DNA of 53,644 bases, filler included, from Sphacelaria rigidula (Eukaryota), in NCBI GenBank assembly GCA_964200075.2. It is 5 parts of 5 records of this genome, joined end to end, with 100 filler letters (N's around TTAATTAATTAA, not from the genome) between each part and the next. Parts side by side here need not be neighbours in the genome. Positions count along the whole stretch, not along the records: positions 42,998 to 53,644 come from CAXNAA020006149.1; 4 more parts are not named here. The stretch is one strand, 5' to 3'. Positions within the stretch are counted from its first letter, which is position 1. Every line of letters starts with the position of its first letter. Under the pieces are notes generated by a model. That model did not search any database and was not told where the DNA came from. It saw only the letters and a program-made list of their open reading frames with translations. The position numbers and the translations under genes are program-made. Positions 45,205 through 53,644 of this stretch are shown here, piece by piece.

Positions 45205-45757
45205 GAGGGTGGGGATCGTTAGATAGTGGTTTACTGCTGAGCCAATTAGATTAGCTCAGCAACCAACCGCTATCTAACAAAAGTCAAGCTCGGTGAGTTC
45301 GTCACATAATCCCCAGTACTTCCACCCCAGGGTTGTCATCCCTGTAACCAACGCTCATAACGTCAACCAGTCTACCGCATTCCGCGACGTCGAAGTTCTG
45401 AAGCTTTTCGACCGCACCCCGGGCGCTCACAAATAATAAAATATTAGTACTTGCACAAGGGTTCAAATCCAGAACCCGTTGTTGCTTTTTGAGCTACTCC
45501 GCCAGTTCTTCGATTTGTGAGTGCTCAGGGCGCAGTCGAAAGGCTTGGGAACTTCGACATCGGAGAATGCGGTGGGCTATTTGACGTTTTGAGCCTTGGT
45601 TACAGGGATGACAACCCTGGGGTGTGCATACTGGGGATTTGGCGACGAACTCACCGAGCTTGACTTTCGGTAGATAGTGGTTGACTGCTGAGCTATTCAG
45701 CCAATGCTGGCTGAATAGCTCAGCAGTCAACCACTATCTAGCAGGGATCGCACCCTC
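45205..45757. mobile_element. Fold-back MITE with ~230-bp inverted arms and nested terminal hairpins
   Basis: Ends gagggtggggatc and gatcgcaccctc flanked by ATT on both sides; arms 45205-45435 and 45510-45757 are reverse complements (e.g. accccagggttgtcatccctgtaaccaa / ttggttacagggatgacaaccctggggt). Confidence 0.85.
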
Positions 45758-47186
45758 ATTCTCACTTTTTTTTCGTTTGTTCGTTTTACTGTAGTGAAAA
45801 CGGAGGAACAACCCGATGAGATAGCGAAAGGGAACGTAGAATGGTTGCCATGCGTGAGCTGTTCACCAGTCTCATTCTCACCATCACAGGGAGGGCGCGT
45901 CTTGAGCTTCTCGACACATTTGTTTTCGATCGAAAGAGTGCGGTGGAAAAGCAAGTTATCGATCTGATAAGTCCACCAGTGTTGTTTCTTTTCCATAACA
46001 TGGAGGCGGTGTTGTGGAAGGTTAGGCATCAAGGTAATCCGCACCTCGCTTGTGATGACGTCGAAACTTGGAGGGTAAATATATTGGTACTGCAACAAGT
46101 AGAGTTGGGTACTGAAGCAGTACGTAGTGCCAGTTCTCAGGAAATGGCCAGTTTCCAAGAACTGGCAAACGGGCAGCCAGTACCGCCAGTACATACATAA
46201 CTTACGTACGTCCCACAATACGCCTCAAAAACCAGTGGAAACCCATCCAAATTACGCCGCCATGCCCCCTAAACGGAGAGAACACACACCACACGCAGCA
46301 CACAGTAGGAGACCATTAGCCAAGTTTTTTCACGTCTGGCAGTCCGCCGGCAGCAGACCCCGGCGGTGGTGGTACCGCGGTGCCTGCTGCGTCAGCAGCT
46401 GCACTTTTGTGTTAAAGGCTGTCCTATGATCAACAATGAAGGGTACTCACGCCTTGTGCCTTCAAGGGCTACTAAAGACCTGCTCTCTCTCTTTTTCATT
46501 TGCAGGTCCGAATTACTCTGTACTTGTTTAGACTAAAGACACACCATACACTCCAATTGCGACAAATCATGTGTAAGCCTCGCTCACCACCACGCTGGAG
46601 TTGATGAGCATCGCAACATTTATGGCACATTTATTATTTTCTGTTTTCATGTTTTCCTTGAGTTGAAAACAATTAAATTGAGCGCTGTACTAGACGTTGT
46701 CTCCCGAAATATTGCCTTTTAGGTTGGTCAAAAACCACTCAGTTTTTAGGCCCTAGTGAAGTCAAATCGCGTAAAAAAGCGCATCCCCGGCGGGGCCCCC
46801 TCACCAGCCGGGGGGGGGCGGTGGTCGCGGCTTCGCCGCCTTCCCAGTATACTGACCGGATCCGGTATACTAGCTGCTGACAGCAGCCAGTATACCGGGT
46901 CCTGGCTGGCCGCGCCAGTACCCAACCCTAGCGACAAGGTGTTACAAATACAACTGTCGCCGCGCAAGGTGCTGAGGACCCGGTCTGCATCGAAACGATG
47001 GATATTGGCACTGCTACTAGCAGTGCCAGTGCTTTTTCCCCCCAACACATGCTGTCTGATGACGATTATACTGGGTACGATATCAGTCGGGCACGCATGC
47101 CGCGACGGATCCTGTCGGCCCCATCATCAATCTTCGCCCCGTTATAGATGAACGCTCGAAGAAACCGAGCAAAGAAGCGTCGTTCA

Positions 47187-47652
47187 GACCAACCCTAAAG
47201 GGGGTCGTACATAAGTCTGCTGAAAAAGTCCTTTCCGTCGTTTTACGCCCGAAAAGAGGGCTATGAATAGGCGGATGTTGATACCTTGGAATAACTTGAT
47301 GTACTCGTTGAGACCGTCCCAGGGCAACTTTGCGTTTCCCGCTGCCCACAGTTTTGTTTTTGGCCAAACTTGCATTTTCAATAACAAACAGCCAGGTGAT
47401 CAAAATACTGGCAGTTCCTCCCCGGCGTTTTCATCACCTGACCGTTTGTTATTGAAAATGCAAGTTTGGCCAAAACAAAACTGTGGCCAGCGGGAAACGC
47501 AAAGTTGCCCTGGAACGGTCTCAGCGAGTATATCAAGTCATTCCAAGGTGTCAACATCCGCCTATTAGTAGCCCTCTTTTCAGGCGTAAAACGACGGAGA
47601 AGGGCCCACAAGGCTTAACGGGATTCTTGAACGGCTCCCATTAGAGTTGGCC
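47187..47652. mobile_element. Fold-back Tourist-like MITE forming a long hairpin
   Basis: TIRs gaccaaccctaaagg and ccattagagttggcc, flanks TCA and TTA. Inner arms ~47228-47410 and ~47423-47606 are near-perfect reverse complements around a ~12-nt loop. Confidence 0.85.
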
Positions 47653-47934
47653 TTAGGCTCCATGACATATCTGAGGGTTGGGAACTGAACGTTCCCGCTC
47701 CATCGCTCGACAGATCAAGGTTCAGCTCCTCTCGCGCGACCAGTGGGTTATGCCACAGACCCTCGCCGGCTTACCTGGCGAGGGGGCAACGTCTCCTTAC
47801 GCACAGTACCACAACTTCCGGACACGGCGTGCTGACAGTCTGGCGGCCAGCAAGTTGGTTATAGTGGTTTTCATCTAACGATATTCAACTTCGAGCACGA
47901 TGAGGGGGAGTATGCACGTGACTATTTTGGCCAT

Positions 47935-48320
47935 TTGATTGATTGATTGATTGATTATCTCACATTAGCTGATTGCAACAATCCAGCCCGTGGTCAGGAG
48001 CCGCAAAAATAGAACATAATAGTAAAAAACACGAAAAAAGGAAGAAAGGAACAGAAAAACGACAGAAGCAACGGCCTCATAAAGGAAAGAAAGAGGGCAG
48101 CGATAACAACAACAAAAAACACCACCACCAACAACAAACAACAGGAACGAACAACAACAGCAGTAACAACAAAATAACGACAAACACAAACAGAAACACA
48201 AGCATGGACAAACACAAAAAAGATGATGATCGCGCATTGCGTAGCTGATTGCAACACTCCAGCTCGTAATCAGAAACAAACAGGAGAAACATGAAAAAAA
48301 ATGAAAGAAAAAGGCCATTA
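47935..48320 (-). repeat. Retroposon-like 3' tail: (CAAT)n microsatellite plus AAC-rich low-complexity tract bounded by a short direct repeat
   Basis: (gatt)n at 47937-47956; tagctgattgcaaca.tccagc at ~47966 and ~48242; a similar gaccacgg.ctgga...aatcaatc tail occurs at 21949-22010 (plus). Confidence 0.6.
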
Positions 48321-51099
48321 TCCCACTTCCACTTCGCCCATATGTTGCGGATTATTTCACAATCTCACCGCGTAACATTGCATGTGGAAATATACCACAC
48401 CCTGGACAAAAAATTATTTACAACACCAAAAATTGTACCGTGCACAGTATGAAAAATATTGTCCAGTGAAGTAGGCGCAACAGTCTGCATTGCACAGTGT
48501 GAAGTATTACAGGCAGCTGTTGCGCCATAGCGGTTGTGTTACCGTACAGCTTCGCCTAAGATGCAAGAAGACATTATAGCAGCGGAGGCGACCTTTTACC
48601 CCTGCGTGCGCCACCTGGGGCAAACGCACGCTCAACTGCAACATGGACAGCTGTACAAAATGTGGCGCAGCGAGGAGTGGCATCCCACGTACACATGGGC
48701 CGCAGCACAAGCGTCAAGCGTCTGTGTTCATGTTGTGGCGAACTGCGTGAGACAGCGGGGAATCAATGCAACACAGGGATAAGCTGGGGATATGACGTGC
48801 TACGGTGTGCTATGTCACCTTACACCCTGCTGCTGTGCAGTGAGCAGGTGGTACCGCCCAAGGCATCACTGCTGCGGTTGTTACGCTGTCTCACACAAGA
48901 CAGCAAGCAGCATATCTTATATACGGAAAATATGATTCAAGACCAGTGCGCACGGTGTTGGGCCGCCATGTAGACAACCCTGCACCAACTTCGCCCTGCA
49001 CTCCTGGGCCCAGACCTCTTTTCAGCAGCAAGCGCTTGCGATGTGTGCTGTGACGGACCTCGTGCGTGATGCGGCTTTCTCGACTACGGGAGGGTCGCCC
49101 GTGAAACCAGCTGCCCGTGCTGACAGTGACCATCCCTCTTCCCACGATGACCTCCTCTCGGAGCACAAGAGAGTTGAAACTGCGGAACATGATTCAATCG
49201 ACCGGTTTCTAAGTCGATAGTTGTCGATACGTATCAATATCAATATCGGATATTGATATCATCGATATATTCATTTATTCATTTCACCGGGGGGGGGTGA
49301 TGGACAGCACATCGTCCCCCCTTTTTCGCATGCGTCCGCCCACCACCTATCTTTCCACTGTTCACCACTCCGCCACCCACCACACTTTACATACCACCCA
49401 AGAAAAAACGCAATAAGTTGGGCACCGAAGCGGTCAACAACTTGGTGTTTTTTCATGGGTGCCACGGAGTCGGGTGGCAAATGGACGATTCGAACCCGAG
49501 GGCCAAAAAAAGGAGCGCTCATTATCAATCGCTGCAGTGGAGCCAACTTGTTTCCATGTCTGGCGTTTCTGCAGTGTTTGCACGTTGCAGTTGGTAGTGT
49601 AGCGCTATATCGTGTGCAGACATCATAAAAGAGGCAAAAGAGTACCGCGGAAGCCTTGTGAATATTTCAAGTCGTCGGGAGTGTTTCACGTGTCAGGGTA
49701 GACGGTTATTTCCTTGTCTTGTCATATTCATTTTTTTTCTACAAGCTTTTGAATTATATTCCTTTGGCGTTTAGGTGTCTGGAGTTCACCCTTGGTTGTG
49801 TAGCCAACAATGAAAGTATCGGACGTATGCTTTCGACTTTTTCCCTTGTTTGGTCCGGAGAACAGAAAAAGCGAGCGCGCATTTTTATCATCATTTATCG
49901 CGCAGTTTCGAGGTTTGGCGCGTTTGTTCTTGAATAATGAGGAGTGCGTTCGCAGTGTGCAGTGCGCAGTGCGCAGTATCGAGGTGAATGGAAATTCGAT
50001 CGAAACATGACGGAATGGTGGCCGCGAAATATACTTTGATATATCACCGACTTGAACAACACACTATGTATCACGTACCACACCTGGCGTTGTGATCAAC
50101 TGCCTCGAGTATCGATACGTATCGGGTCATTTTCCGCGTATCGAAAAAAAATATCGGTACCGACGTCTTTATGTCGATACTTTGAAAATATCGTATTGAA
50201 CCTTTTTTTTCCCCGTTCGATGTTCGACACTGTCGTTCACAGACCCATGCAAACCCAGCGCATATCAGTCTCAGCCACCACTGCAACCCTGCAGCATAGA
50301 GCACGAGTTGAGCACAGGGATACATACACTGCAGTAGTTCGGCATAAATTTATCTAGTTTTTCTTGACGAATACTGGAGCACCTATCTTCTTTCATGATA
50401 GAGGACGGCGACGGACTTGCGTGGTGGGGTGGGCGACCGACTTGCGCACATGCTCATGGATAGTGCAGGCAGTACAAAACTGGACATTGTCCAAGCCCTT
50501 TTCACGTCGCATTGTGTGCAGAGAGTGCAGAGAGTGCCGTGCTGTCTGTGCCGCACATTGTTCGCTTGTTTTGTCGCATCCTACTATACGAACCACGCAC
50601 ACACACTCAGGCACGTTGTATGTAGACAGTACAAACAGTACAGTACTGTCTGCCCTGTGGACAAGCAAACAGCTACCGCTTCACGAATTTCACTCTTTTT
50701 TCGATGGAAAGCTTGCAAATTCGCTTGGACGCAACTCGCGAAAAATGAGCGAACTCGCTCGAATATTTTCCACCGCATTTTGTTTTCGATCGAAAAATGG
50801 TGTGCTAAGACACGCCCTGAGTTCCTATTTTTCCTCTCGTTAACCCGTAGATTGCGAACCCCCCTCAGATGGGCTCGGGTAGACAATCCCACATTTGGAG
50901 TTCAGGGCAGCTGATTTGTCGCTACACAACACCCCTTCTATTTTGAACATGTATTTGTTGGGCATCTATGTAAAAAAGAGTCCCGAGAACCCCTGACCAG
51001 GCTTTACCCTGTAGTCAAGTGCGTGCAGGGTCAGCATGTGTGCTGTATGTCTTCGCTGGATACATCGGCAAACAACAGTCCGGGTGCAATCGCTCTCCT

Positions 51100-51565
51100 A
51101 TTACACGCAGCTGATGTCTTTGCTCAGTGTTCCAAAACAAATGCTACCGACAGTGTGAAGCTCTGCTGGGGACACAAGAAGGGTCAGGCCAACGGCAAAG
51201 ACCACGAGCAGAATGAAAAGTAAGTTGTTTGTGCCCATGTTACCTGCGGGTGAATGGTCATTACCAAAATGAGAAACATGGAAAGCTAGTGAGGTGGTCC
51301 ATCTGTAGCCCCCAAGTGACCATTCTGATCGTTCACAGCTCTCAAAATAGCCACTCCAGTCCTATCGGGCCTCGTTCCTAGCGCAGAAGTTTCCGTGGGA
51401 AACTTTCAACCACACGTGGTTGACTTGGTGAGCTTCTCGGCTGTTCTGCGAACAGACCCCCACCCCCCTGTCACCCCCCCCCGTCCACCCACCTCCCCCT
51501 CTTGCCCCCTGAAAACCCCCGGATGTCCGACTGTCAGCGGGTGAAACTGCTCCGAGGCGACGCTC
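51100..51565. repeat. Diverged direct repeat, copy 2 (copy 1 at 44720-45180)
   Basis: Same colinear blocks as copy 1. Confidence 0.85.
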
Positions 51566-53233
51566 GACTACGAGTGAAGGCGGGACCTAAGCTCGTGCGT
51601 ATAACGCACTAGTCGTTAGAATGGTTGTCGGAACGTTCTAGGGGATTCACGAAATCGAACTAACGCTAATGTTGACCCTATCCCCAACCGAAGGCACACG
51701 ATAACCCTCGGGTAAGGAGGGTGCGAAGGGTGCTCTGGACAACATTTGCGTTGAACCTCAAATCGGCCCCGCGGGACAAGAATGCGTTGTGAGTAAGCAG
51801 CAAATACTCGGGACTGTAGGCCCCTTTAACATTGTCATTCCTTTTCAAAAGTATGGAAGCGGTAATCTGGGAGAGTAGATGCCCCACAGCGCACCAGGCG
51901 TGTGTGTGTAGGTATCGGTGCAGAAGCACCGGCGACCTAGGCGTTTTGTGAGCATGATACAGGAACTCCTTTCGGATGATATCTCACTTTGTAATAACAA
52001 TTGCAGAGGGAAACGATATCAAATTGACGCAAAGGCGATGGCAAATATTGCGAGGTTGGTCGTTTAGGTCGGCCGCTTATCGGTCGACGCTGGTAGTATC
52101 ACAGATATAAACCATCACTCAGGATTCCTTACATCTTTGCGGTTGTTGCCTTTGAGGTCCACACGCCGTCTGACGCAATACGCGGCCCTACAGCCTACCT
52201 GAAAAGAGCAGTGTCTTACCAAGGCCCACTGTGCTGTGCAGCTGTTCGGGGAGGGACAACGTCACCTTTCAGACAGTACCAGACTTCACAAGCCAGACAC
52301 CACGACAGTCTGACGACGACGAGGGTGGTCGCCGTTGTCTTCTGTCAGAATCAACGGTCAATTATTGTGAAAGATGCTCCCACGTGAATATCTTGAGCTT
52401 TCCCCGACAGTCCTGTATTAGGCCTTTTGCAGAGTTTAGTACCATTTCAAATAATTTCAGAATAAGAGAGCAGGTTGAAATTTCCCCCTATGGGTTGTGG
52501 GTATTGCAGCCCTGCCGCAGCGTGATTCGCGTCGTACAGTTTCTACAGTACTTGTTGTGTATTCCTGGGCCGCGGTATATCTGATGTTTTAAACGCTTCC
52601 TCCCTCCGCAGCGATGTCGATCCCTTGCCATCCGGGCATCTCAGCCTGTGAGGTTGTCTGTGCCGCCACTTTCCCGTGCTGATGTAGGCACATCTCTTTC
52701 AAGGGCGTGTACCTCTTTACCACCAGCACATTCAATTTTCACCCCCGTGTCAGGAATGAAAAGTTTTTTAAACGCCTCCATACTAGTGAAAAGGAACAAC
52801 AGTGACGATCCAAAAATCGGTGTTTACTCCACAATCAATCTGAAAGCCATTTTCGGGAAAAATGCGTCAGTTCTTCTGGGGGCTGACCACCTTACACTAG
52901 TAGACATGACGCATTGGTCGTGAAACATGGTTGATTTGGTTGATTGCGTGATCTTAGAGAGAACACCGATATTCGGATCTTATAGAGGGGCTGACAGTCC
53001 CAATAACTAGCTTGCTCATAATGTGTTTTTGTCCAAATCGACGTCTGCGGCGCCGATTCGGGGTATGCCAACGCTCGATTGGCCTAAAGTAACCTTTGCA
53101 CCCCACTCGCCTGAGGGTCCTCGTATACCTTGGTCGGGGTTTGGGTCAGGGTCAGGACCCTTCTTAACGAAGGGTATTTTCCCCTTTTCCAAAATTCTCT
53201 TTTTCAAAAACGACAGCTGATTGGTCGCTGCGA

Positions 53234-53237
53234 CCCC

Positions 53238-53271
<34 letters not shown>

Positions 53272-53420
53272 ACACCCACCACCCCCCCCCAAACACCACC
53301 NNNNNNNNNNTCTAAAGAAAAGATTTTTCCCTTTTTCCCTATTTTCCTTTTTTACAAACCAAACACGGTGGGGGCGGCGCCCCCCCCCCCCCCCCCCCCC
53401 CCCCTCCCCCCCGAAAAAAA
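53234..53420. other. Poly-C low-quality scaffold junction with a 10-N gap
   Basis: Long C homopolymers on both sides of N10 at 53301-53310. Confidence 0.8.
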
Positions 53421-53644
53421 AAATCCTGTCAATGTGCACAGGAATTCCCTTTCTAGAGGGGATTTCAGGAACTGCCAAAACACTTCCTGAAATCTCCTTT
53501 TCAAACGAGGATTTCCGGACACCTCGAAGGGGAACATATATGTCCGGTCGATAGAGGCACATGCGAAAGCTTACCACACAACCCAACACAATTAGAGCTG
53601 AACCTGAGGGACTTGGTGGCCCCGCAAACCAAAAACACACAGCT

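Larger units (their letters stand above)
45893..50817. mobile_element. Second, diverged copy of the 43356-44172 MITE family, split by ~4 kb of nested insertions
   Basis: Left end 45893-45980 (gggcgcgtctt...ttttcgatcgaaagagtgcggt...tcgatctgataagtccacc) matches 43376-43428. Body 49990-50817 matches 43510-44172 and ends gtgctaagacacgccc. Confidence 0.65.

Noticed and set aside
47965-48318. Hydrophobic Cys/Phe/Val-rich ORFs as membrane proteins
   Set aside because: Translations of an AAC/GTT low-complexity tract.
53016-53640. Gly/Pro-rich ORFs
   Set aside because: They arise from poly-C tracts around a scaffold gap and are likely low-quality sequence.

Overview
Eukaryotic genomic DNA, repeat-rich and intron-rich; by gene structure and repeat content most likely a brown alga or related stramenopile (inference). 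The window is not one locus. It is five contigs of 10650, 10650, 10649, 10648 and 10647 bp, sorted by length and joined by 100-bp N44-TTAATTAATTAA-N44 linkers, so nothing should be read across the linkers. Three partial spliced genes can be rebuilt from GT-AG exons with consistent phases: (1) the first four exons of an SLC35B1/UAA-family nucleotide-sugar transporter (minus, 12666-16684); (2) seven internal exons of an alanine aminotransferase including the PLP lysine motif (minus, 33786-39122); (3) the most interesting, an RGS-like C-terminal exon that splices in frame to a DUF4395-like membrane exon (plus, 28892-30977). The rest is transposon debris: an internally deleted Ty3/Gypsy chromovirus, tRNA-derived SINEs, LINE 3' ends, Harbinger/Tourist-like MITEs including two long fold-back hairpins, probable hAT remnants, an old tandem duplication and unidentified decayed reading frames. 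No rRNA, intact tRNA, CRISPR array or prokaryotic operon was found. Family assignments come from motif recognition by eye, not from database searches.
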